Sequence record: MW349128.1
Reading direction: 5' to 3' (one strand)
DNA length: 64,000 bases
Source: Staphylococcus phage Machias
A program made the position numbers and the translations under genes. The notes beneath the pieces were generated by a model that had not been told where the DNA came from, did not search any database, and was given only the letters and a program-made list of their open reading frames with translations. Below are positions 49,509-58,531 of the stretch, piece after piece. The stretch's first letter is position 1; every line of letters begins with the position of its first letter.

Positions 49509-49802
49509 ATGGACATTAAAGATTTCATAATAGTTTTTTCTTTATTCTATCTTATTTTAGTTGCTATACCGTCTGTAATATTCTTAAGTAAAATTAATTA
49601 CAAAAAGAGTAATAAAATTATTATATTATTCTTTAATATAATAATCGTTTTATTTATATGTATTACTGTATTACTGTATAATTTATTTAATAAAGAAGAT
49701 AATAAAGAATCACTAAAATATTATAATAAAGAAGAAAATATAATAGATTATTATATCGAAAAAGATATTAATCCATTATTAAAAGAAAGTGATGTGAAAT
49801 AG
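49509..49802 (+). CDS. small membrane protein (2 predicted TM helices)
   Basis: FIIVFSLFYLILVAIPSVIFL and IIILFFNIIIVLFICITVLLY. Confidence 0.4.
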   Translation: MDIKDFIIVFSLFYLILVAIPSVIFLSKINYKKSNKIIILFFNIIIVLFICITVLLYNLFNKEDNKESLKYYNKEENIIDYYIEKDINPLLKESDVK

Positions 49803-49805
49803 TAA

Positions 49806-50979
49806 ATGAAAGTAGATATGATAGATATTGAACAAGTCATAACTGATACAAATGCTAAAGAAGTAACCAATCCTGTATTTTTCGATTCAGGTATACTACC
49901 AAAAGAAGATGGTTTATTTTCATATGATATATTTGGTTTAATAGGTACTCCTGAAAGAAAAACCAATTTAGGTTGGATTAATTTAAAGGATAAATACCTT
50001 AATCCGGTGGCTTATAAAGCATTAAAAGATTTAGATAAAAATATTGAACTATGTATTCAGGGTTCAGAGTATTTTAAAGTAGAAAAAGGTCAATTAGTTC
50101 CTTCAGAAGATGGAGATACTGGACTGAATTTCTTATATGAAGTATTTGATGATTTAAAATTTAGAAAGAATGATTCTCGTATTAGATCTGAAAAAATTGA
50201 TATGATTAAAAATACAGATAAGCAAAAAATATTTGTAGATAAATGGCTAGTAATACCTGCTTTTTATAGAGACTTTAATCCTAATGAAACTTCAGGAGAA
50301 ATTCAAGATACTGAAGAAGTTAATAATATGTATTCTTCTATTATACGTTCTGTAGATGCTATTAGTTTTAATTCTTTTGGTTTTATTGCTAACAGTACTA
50401 AATATAATATACAAAATACATTATTTGAAATATATCAGAAATTTACTTCAGGAGAATTATCAGGTAAAACTGGTTTTATGCAAAAACGTATATTGGGTAA
50501 AACAGTAGATAATAGTACTCGTGCAGTTATTTCTTCACCTAAAATTAATTCGAATAGATGGGATGAAATGCAGATAGAGTTTGGTGAGTTAGGTGTACCA
50601 TTAACTCAATTAGTTACCTTATTTTTACCATTCTTTAATAAGTATATAATTGATTTTATTGAACTTCATAAAGATGCTTTCCAAACAGCTACTGGAAATG
50701 ATGAGAAAGAATTATCATTAGAAGAAGTGTATGAACAATTCGATGATAAATCTATTAAGAATATGCTAGAATTCTTTATTAAAGATCCTAATGAAAGATT
50801 TAGTCCTATATATGTAAATGATAGAGAAGGTAAACGCCATAAAGTTAAATTATTTGAAAAAACTTTGGGTAGAGATTTTACTGTAATTGATTTACTTTAT
50901 ATTGCTGCAACCGAAATAGTAGAAGATAAGCATGTTATGTATTCAAGATATCCGATTAATAAAATGGTCGCTGCTTAAA
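49806..50979 (+). CDS. Multisubunit RNA polymerase beta-prime-like subunit (N-terminal half), exon 1
   Basis: LPKEDGLFSYDIFG (compare KPERDGLFCERIFGP), GWINLKDKYLNPV (compare GHIELASPTAHIW), KRILGKTVDNSTRAVISSP (compare GKRVDYSGRSVIVVGP); no Zn finger, as in phiKZ/AR9-type phage RNAPs. Confidence 0.7.
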
Positions 50980-51140
50980 GTGATTTAAGTTGATAAACAT
51001 TGTTAATTGCTGAAATACTATTAATAAAGTTAATCAGCATCAATTAAATATAATTGTTCAACGACTAAATGCAATGATACTATTTAATAGTATATAATAT
51101 AGTCTAATTTATATAATACTTATATAAATATAATAAATGC
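50980..51140 (+). mobile_element. Mini group I intron rpoC'-IC (3' end uncertain, 51139-51156)
   Basis: 5' aaagtgatttaagttgat..., P/Q/R/S set, S at ~51100-51108, ...ataaatG at 51139. Confidence 0.6.
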
Positions 51141-51341
51141 GAAAATTTCTTGAACGTAGCACCTGCTAAAATTAAAATATTAACTACTGTTGATACTATT
51201 CCAGAAATAATTTTAGATGATATAGTATTAAAAGATTACCCTAAAGTAGTAAGAGAGTATCCTGTTGATGAAGATATTTTCTTAGATACTGCAATCATAC
51301 ACAATTCATATGCTCAAGCACTTGGTGCAGATTTTGATGGC
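51141..51341 (+). CDS. beta-prime-like exon 2, ending in ...HNSYAQALGADFDG (first part of the catalytic NADFDGD motif)
   Basis: ADFDG followed by an intron; the frame is open back to ~51120. Confidence 0.6.
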
Positions 51342-51491
51342 AAAATTTTATATTACCATCATTAAATAATATTAATTGCTGGAAAATCTAATAAGATAAT
51401 CAGCATCAACTTAATAAAAGTTGTTCAACGACTAAATATATTACTAAAGAAGATATAGTCTAATTATATGTAAATACATGTATATAAAATG
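51342..51491 (+). mobile_element. Mini group I intron rpoC'-ID, splitting the DFDG|D catalytic motif
   Basis: P ATTAATTGCTGG 51372, Q, R GTTCAACGACTAAAT, S AAGATATAGTCTAAT ~51450-51464; ends ...aaaatG| 51491; next exon begins DMISIRSLWSVEA (compare [14 protein letters not shown]). Confidence 0.65.
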
Positions 51492-51617
51492 GATATGATT
51501 TCAATACGCTCTTTATGGTCTGTAGAAGCAAATAAAGAAGCTGATAAACTTATTAATAAGAAAACTAATTACTTAAACTACACAGGAAATAGTATACGTG
51601 GAGTTGGTAATGAGAGT
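51492..51617 (+). CDS. beta-prime-like exon 3 (42 codons DMISIRSLWSVEANKEADKLINKKTNYLNYTGNSIRGVGNES)
   Basis: Completes the NADFDGD-like motif and aligns with the segment after it in bacterial beta-prime; not in the ORF track (<60 aa). Confidence 0.6.
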
Positions 51618-51759
51618 AAGTTTGTATGCTCTCAATAAATTTCATTAATTGCTGGAAAAACAAAATTAATCAGCATCAACTTAATAAAAGTTGTTCAACG
51701 ACTAAATATGAAAATGATTTAAATATCATAAGATATAGTCTAATTATCATAAATATATG
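51618..51759 (+). mobile_element. Mini group I intron rpoC'-IE
   Basis: 5' aagtttgtatgctc..., P AATTGCTGG 51647-51655, Q, R, S ~51730-51744, ...aaatatatG|. Confidence 0.55.
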
Positions 51760-51792
51760 GTACAAGCTTTATATTCTTTAACTAAAGAATAA
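51760..51792 (+). CDS. beta-prime-like terminal mini-exon (VQALYSLTKE-stop); boundary tentative
   Basis: In frame with exon 3; resembles ...AERLYRSGLA; followed by a terminator. Confidence 0.35.
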   Translation, partial: VQALYSLTKE

Positions 51793-51803
51793 TTTAAAAA
51801 TTC

Positions 51804-51840
51804 AGAGTAACGGTCTAATATAGATCGTTACTCTTATTAT
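51804..51840 (+). terminator. Terminator hairpin after the split beta-prime gene
   Basis: AGAGTAACG-gtctaatatagat-CGTTACTCT then TTATTAT. Confidence 0.55.
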
Positions 51841-51866
51841 ATTGCTTTTATACAAAATACTTATTT

Positions 51867-51883
51867 AAATATATATTATAAAA
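51867..51883 (+). promoter_or_regulatory. Promoter-like motif AAATATATATTATAAAA (copy 3), heading the paralog array
   Basis: Exact 17-mer 30 nt upstream of the 51913 start. Confidence 0.45.
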
Positions 51884-51912
51884 TAGAAGTATATTAAAAT
51901 ACAAAAGGAGAA

Positions 51913-52545
51913 GTGATTATTTTGAATATTAATGATTATAGATATTTTAAAATGGATGATGGATTAATGCAAATCCATAAAGATAAAATTAAAGGAAATA
52001 TTACAGACTTGATAGGAATGTTGCATATTGATGTAGATCGTATCAAGGAAGATAATTTTCTAAATTTAGGTTTAGAAAGATTAAATATAAATATTTCTTT
52101 TGATAATCTTGAATTGGTATGGGAAAATATAAAATTTCAATTTAGTTTGTCGATAATTATTTTTGCTGAAAAACAAGAAAATGAATTAAATGAATATACA
52201 AGTAGTATAAGATTTTTTTATGATAATGAAGAAAGACAAATGGAGAGTGATAGATTTAAAAAACTTATATTAAATGTTGATTATATAAAAAATTTTGTAA
52301 GTTTAATGGTAGATGATAAAGAAATCGATGATTTAACAATTTCTATTTTTAATTATGATAAAAATGATTTTCATTTAAAATGTTCTGATATTGTAATTAG
52401 ATACTTATACGATTTAGAAAGAAGATTTAATGATAAAGGTTATGATTTGTTATTAAATGGTAAGAATATAAATGAATTAGAAGACAATGAAGAAAAAGAT
52501 ATTGATAAGATTAAGAAATATTTAGTGAAAGAAAATTTTAAATAA
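51913..52545 (+). CDS. C-tail family paralog 1 (210 aa; ...KIKKYLVKENFK)
   Basis: RBS aaaaggagaag; conserved C-terminal tail. Confidence 0.6.
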   Translation: MIILNINDYRYFKMDDGLMQIHKDKIKGNITDLIGMLHIDVDRIKEDNFLNLGLERLNINISFDNLELVWENIKFQFSLSIIIFAEKQENELNEYTSSIRFFYDNEERQMESDRFKKLILNVDYIKNFVSLMVDDKEIDDLTISIFNYDKNDFHLKCSDIVIRYLYDLERRFNDKGYDLLLNGKNINELEDNEEKDIDKIKKYLVKENFK

Positions 52546-52556
52546 GGAATGATAAA

Positions 52557-53219
52557 ATGGATAATATAAAAGTATACAATAATACAATAACTAATCAAAA
52601 ATTTTCTTTAGATAATAATGAAATTGATAATGGTAGATTCTTATATAAAGCTATGGAACAAGTAACAAATAAAAATCAAAAGAATATTGAATTTCTTGAT
52701 AGTAGTTTTCTAGTAAATAATATGCAGATGAATTTCCATTTTTATATTTACTCGGATTTTATTATAAACTTTAAAAATCTAACTGGAAAAGATAAAAATA
52801 TATTAATTAATGGTAATAATTCTGATATAACAAGGGCTTCATTTGTCTGTTTTTATGACAATATTGATAATGAAAGAATATTCCAAATTTATCTAAAAAC
52901 AAAGAAATCTAAAAAGATAAGAAATATATTAAAAGATTATGAAAGTGAGAAATATTTAATTGAAAGAATAATGTTAATTGGTGAAGATATATCTTTTAAA
53001 GTAGATTTTAAAAAAGAATATTTAGATAGTATAGAAGATAATGAATATAAGTCTTTAGACAGTTTGATTCACTATATATTAAAAGATATGTTAATTAATA
53101 TAGATGGAGAATTTATACCTTTTATGGAATTTATTAAAAATTATCTTTATTCTATATCTAAAGAAATTACTGATGAAAAAGAAATTAAGAAATATTTAAT
53201 TAAAGAAAATTTTAAATAA
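52557..53219 (+). CDS. C-tail family paralog 2 (220 aa; ...ITDEKEIKKYLIKENFK)
   Basis: RBS taaggaatg; conserved tail. Confidence 0.6.
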   Translation: MDNIKVYNNTITNQKFSLDNNEIDNGRFLYKAMEQVTNKNQKNIEFLDSSFLVNNMQMNFHFYIYSDFIINFKNLTGKDKNILINGNNSDITRASFVCFYDNIDNERIFQIYLKTKKSKKIRNILKDYESEKYLIERIMLIGEDISFKVDFKKEYLDSIEDNEYKSLDSLIHYILKDMLINIDGEFIPFMEFIKNYLYSISKEITDEKEIKKYLIKENFK

Positions 53220-53236
53220 TGGAGTTGAAATAGATA

Positions 53237-53722
53237 ATGATATATTACAAAAATAAAGTAAATGGTGAAATATATGAAGTTAATAATATTCATAGAAAAG
53301 ATGATGCTTTTTATTATGTGTTTGGTAATGAATTTAAAAAAGAGAATTCGTCTTTTTATAGATCTGATGGTAAAAAGATTGACCTATATGATGAAGATGT
53401 AGGAAGTATAAAATTGGAGTTTTTCTTAATTTACGGTTTTATTAATCTTCATTTAACTACGCACATTTCTTGGGATCTTAATAGTATTCCTTTTATACCT
53501 AAAAATATAGATTTAACAAACCAAAATCTTGTCATATCAGACTCTTCAATTGATCTTTATTATTTATTTTATAAAAGATTATGTTATGCGATAGATGTAA
53601 ATATGACACATTATAATATTCCATTAGAAAAATTTAATTTTGATAATGAAGATATATTTGAAATAATTTCAGAAGATTGCAAAGAAGTAAAAGATTTTAA
53701 AGTTAGAAATCATTTTAAATAA
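53237..53722 (+). CDS. C-tail family paralog 3 (161 aa; degenerate tail ...KEVKDFKVRNHFK)
   Basis: RBS aatggagttg; tail diverged. Confidence 0.5.
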   Translation: MIYYKNKVNGEIYEVNNIHRKDDAFYYVFGNEFKKENSSFYRSDGKKIDLYDEDVGSIKLEFFLIYGFINLHLTTHISWDLNSIPFIPKNIDLTNQNLVISDSSIDLYYLFYKRLCYAIDVNMTHYNIPLEKFNFDNEDIFEIISEDCKEVKDFKVRNHFK

Positions 53723-53735
53723 GGAGGAATTATTA

Positions 53736-54407
53736 ATGGAAGGTTATGATTTTGATTTATATATAACAAATAGGGATTTGAAAGATAATCATTTTATGAA
53801 AATAAATAAAGATAGGTATAATAATGATAGAGACTATATTGAAAGAGTAAATACTATCAATATGATAAAATTATTAACTCATGTCTCTTATCCTGATTAT
53901 GAAAATATTATATCATTTAATGTTGACTGTAAACTGAAATTAAGAGGTTTTAATGATTATAAAGATATTAAGTTATCTTATTATCAAGAAGTAGAATCAA
54001 AATCAACTATTATTGCCGGAATATCATTTGTAAAAACTGAATTAAATTTAATAAGTAAAGAGAAAGATAATAGATATCTAACAGATGAATTATTGTATGA
54101 GTATGATATGATGAAAATAAATACAAGTATAAATAATAAACTTAATACAATTAAATTAACTAAAAATGAAGCCACTGCTTTGAATAGTATTAGTCAGAGA
54201 AGTCCTAAATTTCATTTATCACTTGATAAGTTTAGAAGAGAATTCTTAAAGATGATAACTGAATTAAATAAGTATGAAGATATACAGTTTTTAATTGATG
54301 GAACGTATTATAGTTTAGAAGATATCAATTTATACAATAAAGATTTATTTAGAACTGCTACTGATAAGGAATTCAAGAATTATTTAGTTAAAGAAGGATT
54401 TAGATAA
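53736..54407 (+). CDS. C-tail family paralog 4 (223 aa; ...TDKEFKNYLVKEGFR)
   Basis: RBS taaggaggaa. Confidence 0.6.
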   Translation: MEGYDFDLYITNRDLKDNHFMKINKDRYNNDRDYIERVNTINMIKLLTHVSYPDYENIISFNVDCKLKLRGFNDYKDIKLSYYQEVESKSTIIAGISFVKTELNLISKEKDNRYLTDELLYEYDMMKINTSINNKLNTIKLTKNEATALNSISQRSPKFHLSLDKFRREFLKMITELNKYEDIQFLIDGTYYSLEDINLYNKDLFRTATDKEFKNYLVKEGFR

Positions 54408-54410
54408 AAA

Positions 54411-54427
54411 AGTGTATTAAATATATA
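54411..54427 (+). promoter_or_regulatory. Promoter-like motif AAATATATATTATAAAA (copy 4), internal to the array
   Basis: Exact 17-mer. Confidence 0.45.
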
Positions 54428-54502
54428 TTATAAAAATGAGATAATGAATCTAACAGAGTTCATTATCTCTAATAATATCTTAAATAGAGGAGATGAAGTT
54501 AA

Positions 54503-55145
54503 TATGGATAATAATGAATATATAAATAATCATGAATTCTATAAAGTTGATAGTAGAGGACAAATAATAGTAACTAATAAAGATGTTACTAAAGATGAAT
54601 TAAATGTTAATCTATTCAAAGAATTATTTAATTTTAATAATGTTAAGAAAAAAATAGATGAAATTGGTTTATTTTCATTAAAAACCAATAGTATTTTGAT
54701 AAGGGACAAAAATACTTATTACAGAACTAAGAATTCTTATATAGATATAACAGACATGTGCAATAATAATTATTTTGAATTATATTTTGTATTTTCATTA
54801 TTAGATAAAAATGAAAATGGATGCAAGAATATAGGACCTTTTAAAAGTTCAATTAGCAGTCAAGTATTTTCATATACAGCTAAAATTCAAATTAAAAATA
54901 GAGACAATTTGGAACATGAATTAATTTCAAATATAATTGATCTCTTTAGTAGTAAAAAAGAAACAAATTTAATAATATATACAGTTGATTCAGTAGAGGA
55001 TGATATTGATTTTATGACAAGTCGAGAATTTAAGAAAGATTTAATTTTAGAAGAATATACACTCGATGAAATATACAAGGTCTTAGAAAAATTAGAAAGT
55101 GAAAAAGAAATTAAACAATACTTAGTTAAAGAAAATTTTAAATAG
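54503..55145 (+). CDS. C-tail family paralog 5 (start re-set to ATG 54503; ...SEKEIKQYLVKENFK)
   Basis: RBS agaggagatg upstream of 54503; the track start at 54444 would overlap the promoter motif. Confidence 0.55.
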
Positions 55146-55151
55146 AGAGGA

Positions 55152-55697
55152 GTGAAATATATGGATTTAAAAAATTCTAGATTTTTAAGAAAAAGTAAAC
55201 ATCATAAAATAATACAATTTAAGCATAATAATATAAATAATGATCATGTATTAGGATTATCTTTATTAATATTATTTACTAATGTTTATATAAGAAGTGA
55301 TTCTGATGATATTAGTATTTATGATTATTTATCAAATGTATACATGAAAATAGATGGTTATTTAAAAGGTCCTTTATCAATAACGCATGGAGACAATAAT
55401 AGCGTATTAGTATATTCTAGAATTAGATTACCATTAGATCTATTTAAATTAAGAGAATACAATGTTAATACTAGATTATACACATATATTCTTCTTGATA
55501 ATTATGAAACTGATAAAGGAGATTTAATTCAATCCGTTGTTAATGCTTCTGATTATATTATTAAGAATGATAGAATTAAATTAAAAATAATTATTGATGG
55601 AATTGAAAAAGATATTGGTGGTATATTAAAATACTTTGATGAAGTTAAAGATGAAAAAGAAATTAAGAAATATTTAGTAGAAAAAAATTTTAAATAA
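55152..55697 (+). CDS. C-tail family paralog 6 (181 aa; ...KDEKEIKKYLVEKNFK)
   Basis: RBS tagagaggagtg. Confidence 0.6.
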   Translation: MKYMDLKNSRFLRKSKHHKIIQFKHNNINNDHVLGLSLLILFTNVYIRSDSDDISIYDYLSNVYMKIDGYLKGPLSITHGDNNSVLVYSRIRLPLDLFKLREYNVNTRLYTYILLDNYETDKGDLIQSVVNASDYIIKNDRIKLKIIIDGIEKDIGGILKYFDEVKDEKEIKKYLVEKNFK

Positions 55698-55714
55698 TGA
55701 AAGAGGTAATTAAA

Positions 55715-56332
55715 ATGAATGAATCATTATATGTATCTGATATTTTAGAATATAGTTTCATTGATAAAAAGAGTCTTTCTAGAAAAGAATTATTTGATAT
55801 ATCTTTTGATCAATTTTTCAAACATCCAGGCTGTACTGGTTATGATGTTAAAAATGTTCGTCTTTGGATAAATTCTATGGATGGTCTAATTCTAAGATTC
55901 GGTTATGATATGAATAATCTTTTTTATGTAAATGAATTTGATCTTTTCGTAGATAAAAATGATGGTCAATATGAATTTAGTTTTGTATTAGATATTCCAG
56001 CGTTTTCAAAAAAAGAAGTTCACTGTGAAATAGGACCTTTTGTATCTAGAGAAGGTGAAATTGAATTTTATTTTAATGATACAGAAATATATACTGAAGG
56101 AAAAACTTTACTAGACAAAGCTAAAGAATACTTGACTAGAGATATATTTAATAAAAATGGTTCTGCATTTAATGTCTTTTCATTAAATAACGAAGACAAT
56201 ATTCATGATTACAAAATAAGTAAAGAGGATATAAAAGAAATCTATAATTTAAATATTATAGATGAACTATTTAAAGAAGTAACGGATGAAAAGGAAATTA
56301 AAAATTACTTAGTCAAGAAAGGTTTTGAATAA
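55715..56332 (+). CDS. C-tail family paralog 7 (start likely ATG 55715; ...VTDEKEIKNYLVKKGFE)
   Basis: RBS aaagaggtaa before 55715; the track start is 55697. Confidence 0.55.
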   Translation: MNESLYVSDILEYSFIDKKSLSRKELFDISFDQFFKHPGCTGYDVKNVRLWINSMDGLILRFGYDMNNLFYVNEFDLFVDKNDGQYEFSFVLDIPAFSKKEVHCEIGPFVSREGEIEFYFNDTEIYTEGKTLLDKAKEYLTRDIFNKNGSAFNVFSLNNEDNIHDYKISKEDIKEIYNLNIIDELFKEVTDEKEIKNYLVKKGFE

Positions 56333-56333
56333 T

Positions 56334-57011
56334 ATGATTGATTTTAAATTATACAAAAATATAGATAATGGAAAATATATAGAAGCAAAAGATGGTATAG
56401 AAAAATATATTAGATCTTTTTCATTTATTAACTATGTGGATGATAATCTATACTTAGTGAAGCATGAAAAATATACAAAAGACGACTATATATTGAGACA
56501 TCAAGGAATGACTAGAAATTTCATTGTAATTAATCACAATAACATTATGTATAGAATAAAACACATAGAATTGACTATTCGGTTGAAGCTTAATCATGAA
56601 GCTATAATTAATATTAAACTTACACCTACAGCTGCAACTCTTAATAAATTTGAAAGTGTTGGAAATTTCACAAAAGTAAGAAACTTATTTTATAACCGGA
56701 AATTATTTAAATATGAAAATTATCCTAAATTTGAATATGATTATAAAGAAGAAGATCAGATTTTCTTTAGTGAAATGTTTGAAGCGGTATTAAAAGAAAT
56801 TGAAAATGATGATATTGATTTTTATGTAATTAATGAAGAAATTATAGAAGAATTTGAAGAAAATAAGAATAAAATAAAACTAGAAAATTTCTCGAAGTAT
56901 AAAGATGGTACATTAGAAGATTATAATATATTAAATTTCAGTAAGAAATTTATTGAAATTAAAGATGAGAAAGAAATTAAAAACTATTTAGTAAATAAAA
57001 ACTTTAGGTAA
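56334..57011 (+). CDS. C-tail family paralog 8 (...IKDEKEIKNYLVNKNFR)
   Basis: ATG at ~56334 right after the upstream stop; the track start is 56325. Confidence 0.55.
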   Translation: MIDFKLYKNIDNGKYIEAKDGIEKYIRSFSFINYVDDNLYLVKHEKYTKDDYILRHQGMTRNFIVINHNNIMYRIKHIELTIRLKLNHEAIINIKLTPTAATLNKFESVGNFTKVRNLFYNRKLFKYENYPKFEYDYKEEDQIFFSEMFEAVLKEIENDDIDFYVINEEIIEEFEENKNKIKLENFSKYKDGTLEDYNILNFSKKFIEIKDEKEIKNYLVNKNFR

Positions 57012-57057
57012 TTTAATTAACTTACTTTTATAATATATGAAAGAAGTGATTAACTAA

Positions 57058-57843
57058 ATGTCTAATGAAAATAACGGAATTGATTTAATTTCACAAATTA
57101 ATGATATGATGGAAGAATATAAAATGCTAGTTGGATTTAAATCTAAAATGGAACGTAAAGAAATTCAATTAGAAGAAAGAATTAGAGATTTAACTAAGAA
57201 TCTGAAATATCCTAAACATACATTTGTATCTAATATGGAAGCTAATATTATTAGTGTAGAAAAAGAAATTAAAGACACTATTATGCAAATGAAAAATGTT
57301 AAAAAAGATATTATTGACTTAACTATGAAAGCTCAGAAAATGGCTGAAGATGATGAATCTGAAGATAACTATAAAGTGCTTGCTAAAAATGTACTTAGTC
57401 AGCTTAATAATATGTCTAATAAAGATATATTAAACAGCATGACAGAAAATGAAGAAGATACTGCTGAAGATGAAGAAGATTTGAAAGATAAATTAGATCA
57501 AACTTTAGAAAATCTAAATAAAGATATAGATGAAGATGAAAAAGAAATTGAAAAAAGAGAGGAATTACAAAAAGAAGTTAATGAACTTAAACATCAAGAC
57601 TTAGCTTCTATTTTAAAAGTATATAAAGGCACATTGCAATTCTTTGTATTAGGTGATACTCCAAATGAATATGAACTAGTAATTGCTGATAATGAAATGA
57701 ATATCATTGAAGAAGATGAGCTTGAAGATGAATATCCAGAATTATTTACTATGACTAGAGATCTTATCTTTGAAGATGTTGAAGGTAATGATGAAATAGT
57801 TAAAGATGAATTTGGAAATATTTATCAAAAAGCAGAATTTTAG
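57058..57843 (+). CDS. acidic coiled-coil protein (261 aa) embedded in the array; lacks the family tail
   Basis: Highly charged, E/D/K-rich. Confidence 0.5.
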   Translation: MSNENNGIDLISQINDMMEEYKMLVGFKSKMERKEIQLEERIRDLTKNLKYPKHTFVSNMEANIISVEKEIKDTIMQMKNVKKDIIDLTMKAQKMAEDDESEDNYKVLAKNVLSQLNNMSNKDILNSMTENEEDTAEDEEDLKDKLDQTLENLNKDIDEDEKEIEKREELQKEVNELKHQDLASILKVYKGTLQFFVLGDTPNEYELVIADNEMNIIEEDELEDEYPELFTMTRDLIFEDVEGNDEIVKDEFGNIYQKAEF

Positions 57844-58040
57844 ATTATTTTGCCCATAATATATCGCATTAATATATTATGGGTATTTATTATATAGGAG
57901 ATGAATTAAATATGTTAAAAAGATTATATGAATTATTAACTAGAAAAAGATTTGAAAAGAAACTATATGAATTTAAATTTAGTTATCAAGACCATGAGCA
58001 TCTTAATGAAGTTCATGAATTTAGTAAAAACAATTAAGGA

Positions 58041-58451
58041 GTGATATTATTGCTATCAGAATACAGATTAAATAGTAATAAAGAAAATATTAAACAACTA
58101 TTAAGAGATTATGGTTTTAGAAAAGATTCTTATACTAAAGCGTTATTATATAGAAAGCGTGTGACTGATCCAAATGATATTTTGTTCATAGAAGCTGAAG
58201 TGGTTATTGAAACTAATTCAGATCTAGTTAAATTAAATTATTATGATAATAAACATAATAGATTTAATCCTTCTAATGAATCGCCAGAGGTTCAAAAAGG
58301 TTTAAGTATATTAGAAGACATGAAAGAAAAAGAATTATTAATTGAACCAGAATTAACTCAAAATAAAGAAGAAAAAGAAGTTCTTGATAGACTTAAAGAA
58401 CAACGTGAAGAAATGGAAAATGGACAAGTATCACCTAATTCTGAAGATTAG
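58041..58451 (+). CDS. hypothetical protein (136 aa), no family tail
   Basis: RBS taaggagtg. Confidence 0.45.
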   Translation: MILLLSEYRLNSNKENIKQLLRDYGFRKDSYTKALLYRKRVTDPNDILFIEAEVVIETNSDLVKLNYYDNKHNRFNPSNESPEVQKGLSILEDMKEKELLIEPELTQNKEEKEVLDRLKEQREEMENGQVSPNSED

Positions 58452-58454
58452 AAT

Positions 58455-58471
58455 AAATATATATTATAAAA
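58455..58471 (+). promoter_or_regulatory. Promoter-like motif AAATATATATTATAAAA (copy 5)
   Basis: Exact 17-mer 61 nt upstream of the 58532 start. Confidence 0.45.
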
Positions 58472-58478
58472 ACGTTAT

Positions 58479-58503
58479 CCCAATACTATTAAATTAGTAT
58501 TGG
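58479..58503 (+). other. Hairpin between the promoter-like motif and the RBS
   Basis: CCCAATACTAttaaatTAGTATTGGG; same promoter-hairpin-RBS layout as at 41635. Confidence 0.35.
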
Positions 58504-58531
58504 GATTATTATAATAAAAGGAGTTAAATAA

